Shown here: piece after piece, positions 47,493 to 57,087 of the stretch | How the letters are laid out: each line of letters starts with the position of its first letter | How positions within the stretch are numbered: the stretch's first letter is position 1 | Sequence record: NC_006883.2 | DNA length: 64,000 nt | Reading direction: 5' to 3' (one strand) | Notes under the pieces: generated by a model | Database searches by the model: none | Seen by the model: the letters and a program-made list of their open reading frames with translations, nothing else | Told to the model about the DNA's origin: nothing | Position numbers and translations under genes: made by a program

Positions 47493-48905
47493 ATGTCTTA
47501 CAAGAAATTTGAAGATATACAATATCTTTATGAGAATATAGATGGGCAAGATAGTGATATAGAGGATCTTTCTAATCTTATAATAGAGAAATTAATATCT
47601 GAAGGGTATTCTGATAATGCCATCAATTCCTTTATGGAAACTGCTGATGAATTTGCATTACAAGAAAAAATAATGCAGTTGGATGAAAAAGATTTAAGTA
47701 AAATTCAAAAAGGTTTACAGTTATTAAGAAAGTTTGGCAGAGCTGCATATACTAGACTTAGAAGAAATACTCCTGTAAATGTTAGAAAAAATATAAATCG
47801 AAAAGGGACTCAAGTAAAGGATGGTGTAAATAAGACAAAAGATAAGTTTGTTGATACTGTAAAAAATAATCCAAAGACGTCTTCTGCTGTTGCCATCTCA
47901 GGATTAACTGCATCAGCAATAGCTAGTAAGGAAAATAATAAAAATAAAACTGACGATACTGAAACTAAATCTGGAACATTTAAAGATTCACAAGGTAAGG
48001 AGTTTCCAACTACAGACACTATTCGTGGTACAAAACCAGATCCTAATGCAGGTAGATTAACATATTCAACATCTAAAGGACAGGGAAATCAAACAGTAGC
48101 TACTAATCCTAATAGGCAAGGTGGTGAAAAAGCTAAGGAAATACTTGATAAGAAATCTTCTGATGCTAAGATTGATAAGGAAGTAGATAAGTATGTTGCT
48201 GATAGAAAAGTACCGATTAATAAAGATTTAACTATTGATAAATCGGAAGAAGGAAAGGCAAAATACGCAGAGAAGGCAGCAGAAAGAACAGCAAAAGAAA
48301 CTGAGAAAGATATAAAGGTGGATCCACCTAAACCAGTTAAAATGCATTCTCTTGAAAAGAAAAATAGAGCAAGATTTGGTGATGATGCAATTGATAAATT
48401 AAAGGCAAAGCAAGTTGACTTTAAGAAGATGCAGAGTAAGGATATGAGTAAGGATGACTTCATTAAGAAGTATCCAAAATCTATTACCGCACAGAAAGCA
48501 GCAGGTCTAAGAGATCATTATGATCCTTTTGATATCGTTCTAGGATATCTTGTAGAATCAGAACAAGTTGATTCTATGGATGAAGCACTATACATTATGA
48601 TGGAAATGGATGCTACAACCATTCAAGGTATTGTAAGAGACTTTGAAATGCTTACTGAAGAAGAAGCAGATCGTATGAAAGATGAACGCCTTGAGAAATA
48701 TGGTATAGGACATGATGGATCAGATAGAAAGGCTGGTTCAGGTGGTAGATCCGATTCTAAAAAACCAAAAGGAAAAACCAATCTTCAGAAAGAAACTGAG
48801 AAAAAGCACGGGAAGGGTAAATCTCCACTTGACGTTGCAAAGGCAAACATTATAGCCAAATATGGTAAAGGTGCTATTGCTCCATCTAAGAAGAAAAAGA
48901 AGTGA
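47493..48905 (+). CDS. putative internal virion protein
   Basis: Downstream of late promoter; alternating acidic and basic blocks; several (I/L)xE sites. Confidence 0.55.
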   Translation: MSYKKFEDIQYLYENIDGQDSDIEDLSNLIIEKLISEGYSDNAINSFMETADEFALQEKIMQLDEKDLSKIQKGLQLLRKFGRAAYTRLRRNTPVNVRKNINRKGTQVKDGVNKTKDKFVDTVKNNPKTSSAVAISGLTASAIASKENNKNKTDDTETKSGTFKDSQGKEFPTTDTIRGTKPDPNAGRLTYSTSKGQGNQTVATNPNRQGGEKAKEILDKKSSDAKIDKEVDKYVADRKVPINKDLTIDKSEEGKAKYAEKAAERTAKETEKDIKVDPPKPVKMHSLEKKNRARFGDDAIDKLKAKQVDFKKMQSKDMSKDDFIKKYPKSITAQKAAGLRDHYDPFDIVLGYLVESEQVDSMDEALYIMMEMDATTIQGIVRDFEMLTEEEADRMKDERLEKYGIGHDGSDRKAGSGGRSDSKKPKGKTNLQKETEKKHGKGKSPLDVAKANIIAKYGKGAIAPSKKKKK

Positions 48906-49654
48906 AGACTTATCAACAATTTAATGAGAGCATTGGTAAAGCTCTAGTGAAACTAGGAAGTGTTGGGTTGCGTAAACTTCCCAAGTATCTTCCTAAGTTT
49001 AAGTCCACAATAAAGAATTTATCTAAACCTAAGTTTGAGAAAACTTTATTAAAGAAAATTGGTAGTGGAAGTGAGCAAACAAGAGAGACTGCAAAGAATC
49101 TCCTAGCAAAATCTCAAGTATCTAATCCAAAGAATAGTGGATTTACTTCAACTGTAAAACCTTTAGGTAGTAGTACTGCTAGTAGAGTTGATACTGCAAC
49201 AAAGGATCTTCAATTCCAAGGCAATCTTAAAGGTGCTGAATATAAACCTAGACTAGGTGGTAAGGGTGATAAAGGTCCTTTGGGTCCTGTTATTGGTAGT
49301 AGAGGAAAAGGTAATAAAGCATTAAGAAGATCTGGACAATCAGATAAGATAACTGATTATGAAGGAACTGGTAGGAAACCAACTCCCATGTTTAGGAAAA
49401 CTGAAAAGGAGATGGGTACTTTATATCAAAAACACGAAGTAACTTTAGATCCTAGCAATCCAAAACCTGAACCACATAAGTGGAAGGCAGGTGATATTTA
49501 TATGCAATCCGTTAATATCAAACAGAGTAAAGCACATTCTCGTGCTATAAGAAATCAATTAAAAGATCGGCAAAGGAAATTGTCAAACGTAAAAAATAAG
49601 ACACCCAAATCAGAGATTGAGAGGATGAGAAAAAGACTAGAGTCTGGTAACTGA
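48902..49654 (+). CDS. putative internal head protein (CTS-like N-terminus)
   Basis: MKTYQQFNE; basic. Confidence 0.6.
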   Translation: MKTYQQFNESIGKALVKLGSVGLRKLPKYLPKFKSTIKNLSKPKFEKTLLKKIGSGSEQTRETAKNLLAKSQVSNPKNSGFTSTVKPLGSSTASRVDTATKDLQFQGNLKGAEYKPRLGGKGDKGPLGPVIGSRGKGNKALRRSGQSDKITDYEGTGRKPTPMFRKTEKEMGTLYQKHEVTLDPSNPKPEPHKWKAGDIYMQSVNIKQSKAHSRAIRNQLKDRQRKLSNVKNKTPKSEIERMRKRLESGN

Positions 49655-49984
49655 TTTCTTAACTAATGCCACACCTTCAACAACTCTTGTTGTGGTTCCG
49701 TTTGGACTGTTTAATAATAAGTCGTAAAAATATTTTCCTGGTTTTAAAGTAGAGGTTACGCTTTCTAACATCTCTATTGATAGTCTCCCAGTATTCCTAT
49801 CACTTGCAAAGGATATTGCGAAATCTGCTGTCTTTGTAGAAGATTCAAATCTTTTTAATTGAGCACAACCAGTATAATCGTTTAGATTCATTACACTATT
49901 TGATTGGGTATCTTCCAATACAAAAGTTTGTGCGAAATCTGTCCCAGTATATATTGTTATGTTTGTTGTAAAAACTGCTTGCAT
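49637..49984 (-). CDS. BppU-N-like beta-sandwich putative virion protein
   Basis: GTDF..TF, G..AQL, GKYFYDL, VVEG. Confidence 0.6.
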   Translation of the reverse strand: MQAVFTTNITIYTGTDFAQTFVLEDTQSNSVMNLNDYTGCAQLKRFESSTKTADFAISFASDRNTGRLSIEMLESVTSTLKPGKYFYDLLLNSPNGTTTRVVEGVALVKKSVTRL

Positions 49985-49988
49985 GTTA

Positions 49989-50585
49989 TTAATCCAATGC
50001 TGTTAGGAATGGTTGAATCCAATCTTCTTGATTGTTTGTTACGCTAATAACTGTTATATTCCTTTCGTTTAACTTTGCAATAAAGGCATCGTAAGATGCT
50101 TGAACGGATGAAGTTCCACCATCAACAAATAAAGCAATTTTAGATCCATTAGGTAAACTATCTATATCACATATGCTATACCAATCACTATCAGAACCTA
50201 TTTGAACTGGTCCGAATGTTTTACCAGTAGCAGTTTGACCTGTGTTAACTGAAGTATCAATAATTGACACTTCCTCTGATGTTGCTAATAAGGTTCCTGT
50301 GCTAGATCCACTTCTTATTTCTATTTGAAATATTTCAATTTCTTCTGTAGATCTATCTCCTACAATAGTTTTGGAGATAGAACCAACACCACTAGTATTA
50401 ATACCAACAGAACCAATTAAAGTCCCATCTGTAAAATCTGTAGTAGCAATTAATCCTTTTACTTGTTCTGTTGAGTAATATAGAGTACCAGATGTACCAA
50501 TACCTATTGCGTCAGTAGTTATTGTAAAACTGACTGTGCCTCTTTCATTTACAGATGTTGAAGATTGTGTTATTTGTGTTGCCAT
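49989..50585 (-). CDS. putative virion structural protein (Calx-beta-like N-terminus)
   Basis: SVNERGTVSFTITT; Thr/Gly-rich. Confidence 0.55.
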   Translation of the reverse strand: MATQITQSSTSVNERGTVSFTITTDAIGIGTSGTLYYSTEQVKGLIATTDFTDGTLIGSVGINTSGVGSISKTIVGDRSTEEIEIFQIEIRSGSSTGTLLATSEEVSIIDTSVNTGQTATGKTFGPVQIGSDSDWYSICDIDSLPNGSKIALFVDGGTSSVQASYDAFIAKLNERNITVISVTNNQEDWIQPFLTALD

Positions 50586-50586
50586 A

Positions 50587-51177
50587 TTAAATTAGAGGTG
50601 GGGTATTTACAATGCTTTCTGAAAGAAAGTTATCTGGACAATCTAGATCATCATAATTTGTGTTAGTTACACTTACACCAAAACCAACTGATGTTTTTTG
50701 TAAAAGATAGAATATCCTATTTGGATAAGTTCCTCTAAAGGAATACCATTTATCTGATAATGTACTAACTCCAACATTAGAATCTGGGATAACAGCAATA
50801 CATGTTCTTTGAGCACTATTTGGTAATGAAAAGTCACATCCAGTTGAAATACCTGCTCGTACTAATACGCTACCTTCTAGAACAATTTCCTTTTTTCCAC
50901 CAGGTTTAGTTACAAGAACATCATATACATAACGACCTTGTTTTAAATTGGATGTAGTCCAACTTGGAATTGATAGGTTTATTTTTCCAAATGCTCTATT
51001 AGGAAATCCAACAGTAAAACTAATTGCAGTTGAACTATCAGGGTGCTTTCTTATTTGTGCTTTGGCAGTATAGTTGGTTAGGTTTATAGTATTCCCACCA
51101 GTTTCAATCAGGTCAAAGTCCTGTTCAAAATCTTCACCACTATTAACTGTAAGATTATTTACATATACGACTGCCAT
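50587..51177 (-). CDS. BppU-N-like putative virion protein with C-terminal extension
   Basis: GEDFEQDF, AKAQIRK, GRYVYDV, VLEG; paralog of 49637-49984. Confidence 0.6.
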   Translation of the reverse strand: MAVVYVNNLTVNSGEDFEQDFDLIETGGNTINLTNYTAKAQIRKHPDSSTAISFTVGFPNRAFGKINLSIPSWTTSNLKQGRYVYDVLVTKPGGKKEIVLEGSVLVRAGISTGCDFSLPNSAQRTCIAVIPDSNVGVSTLSDKWYSFRGTYPNRIFYLLQKTSVGFGVSVTNTNYDDLDCPDNFLSESIVNTPPLI

Positions 51178-51239
51178 ATTCTAGTGTATGATTATCTTAG
51201 ATATTTATCTTCTATATACCTTGTAATCAATTATTAGTA

Positions 51240-52697
51240 ATGAGTGATAGTGATTTTATTGTAGTTGGTGGAGGAAATGCTGGATGTATATCTGCATTAC
51301 TTTTACAATGTTCCTTTCCCAATAAGAAGGTATCGATAATTAAATCTGAAAATATTGGTACTGTTGGAGTTGGTGAGAGCTCAACAGAACATTTTGCACA
51401 ATTTTGTAATACTTGTGGTATTAGTATACTTAATGTCTTATTAGCTACTAAGGCAACTTTCAAAGGTGGGGTTTATTTTGAGAATTGGTCTGATGAAGAT
51501 TTTATGCATGTTGTAAATCTTGATAATGTTAATCAACCAATAGGACATTTCTTTCCTTATTTGCAGAGAGTTGTTGCATATAATAAACCAAATCGTGAGA
51601 TGAATATTTATGGAGCTTGGGATCGTAAAGTTCCTCTTAAGTTTTTCAATGATATGAATAATTCACCAACAAATCAGTTTCATTTTGATACACTTGCATT
51701 AAATAAATTTTTAATTGATAAATGCCTTGAGAGAAATATTAATATTATTGAGGATGAATTGATGGGTGCTATTGTCCATCCAGAATCAGGAGATATAGTT
51801 TCTGTTAATGGTGAAACTGATAAGTATAGTGCAGATTTCTTTATTGATTGTTCTGGGTTTTCAAGATTATTATTAGAGAAAACTCTAGGTGTTAAGTGGA
51901 AATCTTATTCAGAGTATTTGCCTCTCAATTCTGCAATTTCATTTGCTACTGATGAAATGGAAGAATATAATATGTACACAAAATCAACTGCTAGAGATTA
52001 TGGATGGAGTTGGCAGATTCCAACTCAAGGTAGAACTGGTAATGGATATGTCTTTTCTGAAAAATTTATTAATGAAACTCAAGCACACGAAGAGATGGAG
52101 AAATCATATGGTCATGAAATTGATGTTGCTAAAACTTTTAAATTTGATCCTGGTAGATTAGAAAAGGCATGGTGTAAGAATTGTTATGCAGTTGGTTTAT
52201 CTCAAAGTTTTGTTGAACCTTTAGAAGCAACCTCAATTGGCAGTGTAATACAGCAGATGGTTGCATTTATTCATTATTATCCATCTAATAGTATTGATGA
52301 ATGTAATGAAATTGTTAATGGTATTTTTGATAATATATTTGATTATGTTCAAGCACATTATCTTGTAAAGAAAGAAGATACTCCATTTTGGAGGGAAGTT
52401 AAAAATGATCTTAAGATTACTCCATCTCTTCAAAATTTATTGGATAAATGGAAAAAAAGATTTCCTTTAGTTGGAGATGTGTTCTGTAGATGGGGTATGT
52501 TTAGTGAAGTGAATTATATTATTATATTGCAAGGATTAAAATGGTTTGATAGTGAAAAAGTTATGCAAGAATATAAAAATATAGAACATATACCATTAAT
52601 AGATTGGAAAGATACTAGTGATAGATGTTTAAGTATGGGACATAAAAACTTTATAAAAGAGCTTGTTAGGATACATAATCTAAATAAAGAAAATTAA
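51240..52697 (+). CDS. tryptophan-halogenase-family flavin-dependent halogenase
   Basis: GGGNAG, VGVGES, FIDCSGF, WSWQIP (WxWxIP), FVEPLEATS. Confidence 0.9.
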   Translation: MSDSDFIVVGGGNAGCISALLLQCSFPNKKVSIIKSENIGTVGVGESSTEHFAQFCNTCGISILNVLLATKATFKGGVYFENWSDEDFMHVVNLDNVNQPIGHFFPYLQRVVAYNKPNREMNIYGAWDRKVPLKFFNDMNNSPTNQFHFDTLALNKFLIDKCLERNINIIEDELMGAIVHPESGDIVSVNGETDKYSADFFIDCSGFSRLLLEKTLGVKWKSYSEYLPLNSAISFATDEMEEYNMYTKSTARDYGWSWQIPTQGRTGNGYVFSEKFINETQAHEEMEKSYGHEIDVAKTFKFDPGRLEKAWCKNCYAVGLSQSFVEPLEATSIGSVIQQMVAFIHYYPSNSIDECNEIVNGIFDNIFDYVQAHYLVKKEDTPFWREVKNDLKITPSLQNLLDKWKKRFPLVGDVFCRWGMFSEVNYIIILQGLKWFDSEKVMQEYKNIEHIPLIDWKDTSDRCLSMGHKNFIKELVRIHNLNKEN

Positions 52698-52710
52698 TTA
52701 AGATTATGAA

Positions 52711-53148
52711 ATGGAAGGAGATTATGAAAATCCCTGGTACTACAAAGGTACAGCTTTCACTTCTGATGATATTGGCGATTTCTTCGGTTTCGTCTACTGT
52801 ATTACTAATATCCAGTCGGGTAAACAATATATCGGAAGAAAGTATTTCCAACAAAAACGTAAGCCTAGAGGTGGTAAGAGACGGGTTACGTCTGAGAGTG
52901 ACTGGAAAAAATACTATGGAAGCTCTGACGAGCTTAGTGCAGATAGAAAGTTACTTGGAAACGCAGCGTTCAAACGAGAGATCTTATCCCTCCATACCAG
53001 ACTCGGAGATGTAAACTACGAGGAAACAAAGCAGTTATTTTTAAATAATGTTCTTCAAGAATCTCTTGACAATGGAGAACCAGCATACTACAATAGCAAC
53101 ATCCTTGGACGGTATATGAAAAAAGATTATGGTAATTTTGGAAAATAA
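52711..53148 (+). CDS. GIY-YIG family endonuclease-like protein
   Basis: FVYCITN....YIGRK, YYGSS, YYN. Confidence 0.75.
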   Translation: MEGDYENPWYYKGTAFTSDDIGDFFGFVYCITNIQSGKQYIGRKYFQQKRKPRGGKRRVTSESDWKKYYGSSDELSADRKLLGNAAFKREILSLHTRLGDVNYEETKQLFLNNVLQESLDNGEPAYYNSNILGRYMKKDYGNFGK

Positions 53149-53714
53149 TGTTACACAATACTTTTACTCATTATATTCATAATGAAATAATTCCTCCGAA
53201 TAAGGATGAATTATTATATGAACTTGAAAATGCAGAATTAGATGAGCATCAGAATTTTGAATGGAATGATGCATGTTTAGTTGATTTGGAGAGATTGGAT
53301 TTAGGCGAAAAAACTATTAGCTTGTTTAGACCTACCTTAGAGATATTCTTTGAGGAGATGAATATAGATGCTAGTAAACTAAAAATATTTTTGAGTGAGA
53401 TTTGGAGAAATACTTATAAGAAAGGATTTTTTCAAGAAGTCCATGACCATACACCTTTACATTTATCGGGTGTTGTTTTTCTTACTGATGAACAGGATGG
53501 TGATGGTAGATTTTATTTTCATCATAGACATGATGCAGAGATTTCTAAAGAGTGGAGAGATCTAGATGTTTTTCATGGAAGAGCTTGGATTAAAGCAGGA
53601 AGAGGTAAAGTTATATTGTTTCCTTCCTTTATGTTGCATGGTGTAAGTATCCATAAGACTGATAATATAAGAAAAACTGTATCTTTTAATTTGGCATTTG
53701 ATACAAGATCTTGA
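53148..53714 (+). CDS. 2OG-Fe(II) oxygenase-like protein
   Basis: QEVHDH, LFPSFMLHGV, RKTVSFN. Confidence 0.8.
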   Translation: MLHNTFTHYIHNEIIPPNKDELLYELENAELDEHQNFEWNDACLVDLERLDLGEKTISLFRPTLEIFFEEMNIDASKLKIFLSEIWRNTYKKGFFQEVHDHTPLHLSGVVFLTDEQDGDGRFYFHHRHDAEISKEWRDLDVFHGRAWIKAGRGKVILFPSFMLHGVSIHKTDNIRKTVSFNLAFDTRS

Positions 53715-53739
53715 CATTCAACGTTTACTGTATTACAAT
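53711..53739 (+). promoter_or_regulatory. sigma70-type promoter
   Basis: TTGACA-N17-TACAAT. Confidence 0.7.
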
Positions 53740-53760
53740 AATTACATCTTAAATAAAAAA

Positions 53761-53967
53761 ATGGATCTTTTAGAAGAGACGCTAAAGAATAGTTATGATT
53801 ATGCGATTCATCGTATGGATGTATTGTGCAAGTTAGGAACTATTGAAGATATAGAAGATGCAGAATCGATTCGACAAGAATTTAAAGAATGGATTCAACC
53901 TACCAATGATGATCATGATATTCTTTCTCTTGAATATTTTGGAGAAGGAAGTCAGTTTGATAAATAA
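53761..53967 (+). CDS. hypothetical protein
   Basis: ATG 21 nt downstream of the promoter. Confidence 0.6.
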   Translation: MDLLEETLKNSYDYAIHRMDVLCKLGTIEDIEDAESIRQEFKEWIQPTNDDHDILSLEYFGEGSQFDK

Positions 53968-53988
53968 GAATTACTTAGGGGAAAAATT

Positions 53989-54255
53989 ATGCAAAAAATT
54001 ATAAATGTACTTGCTATTGCGTCTGGTCTTGTATCTGCTGCCGTTGTCGCTAGTGGTGTACTTGTATATGTCAACAGAGATTCAATTGTTGATAGCATCA
54101 AGTCTCAAGCTATTGAAGCAGTTACTGGGTCTTTAGGTGGTGGATTAGGAGGAGATCTTCCTATTGGTACTCCTGATCTTGCTGCTCCTGATAATGCAGC
54201 AACTGCACCTCAAGGTGCTAGTATGGGTCTTCCTGTTCCTAGTTCTGCTTTTTAA
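53989..54255 (+). CDS. membrane-anchored hypothetical protein
   Basis: N-terminal hydrophobic helix. Confidence 0.65.
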   Translation: MQKIINVLAIASGLVSAAVVASGVLVYVNRDSIVDSIKSQAIEAVTGSLGGGLGGDLPIGTPDLAAPDNAATAPQGASMGLPVPSSAF

Positions 54256-54260
54256 TAACA

Positions 54261-54641
54261 ATGGCAATTTATGATGATGTAAAGATCTCTATCAACCTTA
54301 ATGAGTTGGTAGAGATCAGAGCGAAACTTATTTCTCAGTATGATGATTACTCAGACAAAGTAGTTAAAGGTGAGTACTTAGATGGTGGTGATATTGATCG
54401 TATCGCAACTGGATTAAGAGATACTTTAACTTGGGATACTCTTTATCAAATGGTTGATGATGCTGTATTGGATTACTTAGGTATGAAAGAAACTCATTAT
54501 GGTGAGAGATCTATTGAAACCATTGAGATAACAATGGAGAAGGAACGGAAAGAAAAAGAGAAGGAGTTTAAAAAGAACTTTGATCTAGTTAAATTAGAAT
54601 CATCTTCATGGACTATTGAGGTTCCTGTAAGAAAGAAATAA
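54261..54641 (+). CDS. hypothetical protein
   Basis: 126 aa ORF. Confidence 0.6.
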   Translation: MAIYDDVKISINLNELVEIRAKLISQYDDYSDKVVKGEYLDGGDIDRIATGLRDTLTWDTLYQMVDDAVLDYLGMKETHYGERSIETIEITMEKERKEKEKEFKKNFDLVKLESSSWTIEVPVRKK

Positions 54642-54674
54642 ACTTGCTATATAGTAGGATGTTGCTATATTGTA

Positions 54675-55166
54675 ATGGCAGAAGAAGTAAAAGAAGAGAT
54701 TCTGGAAGAAGAACCTAAAGAAGAAAAGAAGGGGTTGCTTCAAAAGGCAAAAGATGCTATACTACCTGATGCTGATGAACAAGCAGCCATAATCAGTACA
54801 TTCGTCAGAATTACTGTCCTTGCCTGGTCAGGTGGAATATTGACATTAAATTATGTTGCCATTCCAGGTGTACCACAACAGAAAATTGACCCAACATTTA
54901 TAGCTTCGGTATTTACAGGAGTTTTAGCTTCCTTCGGAATTCAGACTGCATCTAAGAAAGGTGACGGAACGATGAAGATGCAGAACAACGGTAACGGAAA
55001 TGGAAATGGTGGTGGCAACGGTGGCGGTGGCATTAGCAAAAAAGACCTTGAGTTGTTAATCGAAAAAGCTTCCCAGACTGGTCCTACTCAAACAATTAAG
55101 ATTGAGCAAGCACCTATTAAGATTAGTACTGTTGACGACAAACCAACAGATACATTCAAGATGTAA
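54675..55166 (+). CDS. membrane protein with NG repeat
   Basis: Two hydrophobic segments; NGNGNG tract. Confidence 0.65.
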   Translation: MAEEVKEEILEEEPKEEKKGLLQKAKDAILPDADEQAAIISTFVRITVLAWSGGILTLNYVAIPGVPQQKIDPTFIASVFTGVLASFGIQTASKKGDGTMKMQNNGNGNGNGGGNGGGGISKKDLELLIEKASQTGPTQTIKIEQAPIKISTVDDKPTDTFKM

Positions 55167-55180
55167 AATCCGTGTTTTTT

Positions 55181-55795
55181 ATGATGGACAAACAAATAAA
55201 TTGGACTAAGTGGTCTGCCCTTGGATTGGGTGGGTTACTTGGTCTTTCGCATATTGGTATGCTTGTAATGCTTGCTACCAGAGACAATAGTAAGTATCCT
55301 AAGATTGCTATCCCTCCTGTGAATCAATACTCTTCAGTTAGAGTAATGGCAGGAGAAGATGGATATAGTCTTGAGTATCGTGGGAATGATCCTAAGAGTA
55401 TGTTTACTACCAAAACTGTAAACAGAGGTGGGTTCCTTAAGAAAGGTGATACAACTACTGTCACACAAGAATATACTATGGATGGTGCAGTACATCATGG
55501 TGGTCCAGTATCTAATGGTAGAACTTGGATTGACCCTGTAGCTGTAGGTAGTTTAGGCGAAAAAAAGAGTAGTGCCAAAACCGAGGAATGTATTGAAGCT
55601 AGAGGTGGTGGAAAGCAGACAGGAAGAATTGTCGGTGGTAGCGTTGGTGCTGCTGCTGGTTCTGGTCTCTCCTCTATTCCTTTCGTTGGCTGGGTTTTGG
55701 CTGGTGCTGCTACGATGATTGGTATGAATGAAGGTGCTGATCTAGGTGGTGATGTAGCAGAAAGATTTAGTGATTCTTGTGAAGAGGAAATCTAA
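55181..55795 (+). CDS. glycine-zipper membrane protein
   Basis: N-terminal TM; GRIVGGSVGAAAG...GWVLAG. Confidence 0.65.
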   Translation: MMDKQINWTKWSALGLGGLLGLSHIGMLVMLATRDNSKYPKIAIPPVNQYSSVRVMAGEDGYSLEYRGNDPKSMFTTKTVNRGGFLKKGDTTTVTQEYTMDGAVHHGGPVSNGRTWIDPVAVGSLGEKKSSAKTEECIEARGGGKQTGRIVGGSVGAAAGSGLSSIPFVGWVLAGAATMIGMNEGADLGGDVAERFSDSCEEEI

Positions 55796-55827
55796 AGCAG
55801 ACCTTAAATAACTAACTAATTAGGAAA

Positions 55828-56031
55828 ATGACCAATCCATATCCCAAGCCACGGTGGGATTTAGAGAATGATGTCCTTCGATTAGAGCAAATGATTATCA
55901 TCTACGAGCAAGAAATCGAGCAATTGAAAATAGAAAAGAAAGAGTTAAAACAGGAAATTAAATTTCTTAGAACTCAACTTGAATATAAATCATTAGGTAA
56001 TCCAAATAGTGGAATAGATGTGGAATCTTAA
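55828..56031 (+). CDS. coiled-coil hypothetical protein
   Basis: Heptad pattern; GGAA SD. Confidence 0.6.
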   Translation: MTNPYPKPRWDLENDVLRLEQMIIIYEQEIEQLKIEKKELKQEIKFLRTQLEYKSLGNPNSGIDVES

Positions 56032-56173
56032 TCTAAAAGAAGCTTTTACCAAAGTTAAGGATTGGGACAAGGCGATGGCAAAGAAATTACAAGAGAAGTT
56101 TAAACTAACTGATTATCAGATGTTAGTTCTAGCATTTGGTAAAGGATTTATCATAGGTGCTATACTCTTATGA
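56018..56173 (+). CDS. small membrane protein (51 aa, not in ORF track)
   Basis: ...LTDYQMLVLAFGKGFIIGAILL; ATGA overlap with next gene. Confidence 0.55.
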   Translation: MWNLNLKEAFTKVKDWDKAMAKKLQEKFKLTDYQMLVLAFGKGFIIGAILL

Positions 56174-56496
56174 TATTTGCGATACTGTATATACTAATAA
56201 GCGTTGCTATGTTAGGTGCAGCATTCGCTTTAATTTTTAGGAACCTAAGAGATATTGATAAAATTGAAAAAGGAGAGTATAATATTAGAGAGAAGACGAC
56301 GTTTGTTACTAAATCTGTTCATCCAGAAATGGAAGAGGTAGAAGTTGGTGACGAACTTTTGGTAGTTAGGTTTGATGAACCTGAAAAGGAAGAAGATCCT
56401 AGATTCAAATTAGATTCACCAGAACTTCATAACCTTGGAGATTCTTTACATAAATCCTTACAGGATAGAATTGATGAATTGAAAGAGGATGAGTGA
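56170..56496 (+). CDS. DUF2973-like membrane protein
   Basis: N-terminal TM; HPEMEEVEVGDELLVVRF. Confidence 0.55.
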   Translation: MIFAILYILISVAMLGAAFALIFRNLRDIDKIEKGEYNIREKTTFVTKSVHPEMEEVEVGDELLVVRFDEPEKEEDPRFKLDSPELHNLGDSLHKSLQDRIDELKEDE

Positions 56497-56779
56497 CAAT
56501 CAGTATGAGTATCTGAAAAGACAACATTATTTGGCAACACATATGGAATTAACAGAAGAGAATGTAGTAAGGGTTCTTGAAGAACTTGCTCCTTATGTTG
56601 AGGCAGATGGAGGGTTTCTTCAGTTTGTAGAAATAGAAGAAGAAACTGGGTATGTTAAAGTAAGATTGGGTGGTGCGTGTGAGACATGTGCTATGAGTGC
56701 TATGACATTAAAACAGGGTATAGAAAAGAAAGTAATGAGTGAGATACCTGATTGTGTGGGAGTTGTTCAGGTTCTCTAA
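56489..56779 (+). CDS. NifU/NfuA C-terminal domain Fe-S protein
   Basis: PYVEADGG, VKVRLGGACETC, TLKQGIE. Confidence 0.9.
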   Translation: MSDNQYEYLKRQHYLATHMELTEENVVRVLEELAPYVEADGGFLQFVEIEEETGYVKVRLGGACETCAMSAMTLKQGIEKKVMSEIPDCVGVVQVL

Positions 56780-56860
56780 CTGAGTGTGGAACTCCACATA
56801 TTAATGCGTAAAAATACCTATATGGTATAATAAATAACCATAGTACGGGATTGAAAAATC

Positions 56861-57085
56861 ATGCCCCTGACGCAACAAAAGCATTACACTGTTGGTTATC
56901 ACGATAATCAACATAAGCATTATGAGATCTGTGAATACGCAGAAAGTTCATATCAAGCAATACAAAACTGTAAAGAGGATATCCCTTCATTAGGGGAGCA
57001 TCCTTCTTCTATTGACTATTGTGTAACAGAAGAAGTTCAGAAGATATCTGATTTCTTGTCCTCTGGAATTCCTATGGGACATTAA
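56861..57085 (+). CDS. hypothetical protein
   Basis: 74 aa, His/Cys-containing; TATAAT and TAAATA upstream. Confidence 0.6.
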   Translation: MPLTQQKHYTVGYHDNQHKHYEICEYAESSYQAIQNCKEDIPSLGEHPSSIDYCVTEEVQKISDFLSSGIPMGH

Positions 57086-57087
57086 TT

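Noticed and set aside
56785-56830. NtcA/CRP-like site (TGTGGA-AC-TCCACA; GTA-N8-TAT) upstream of the petE cluster
   Set aside because: The palindrome is 14 bp rather than 16 bp, and GTA-N8-TAT is only 4 nt from the -10, which does not fit activator geometry
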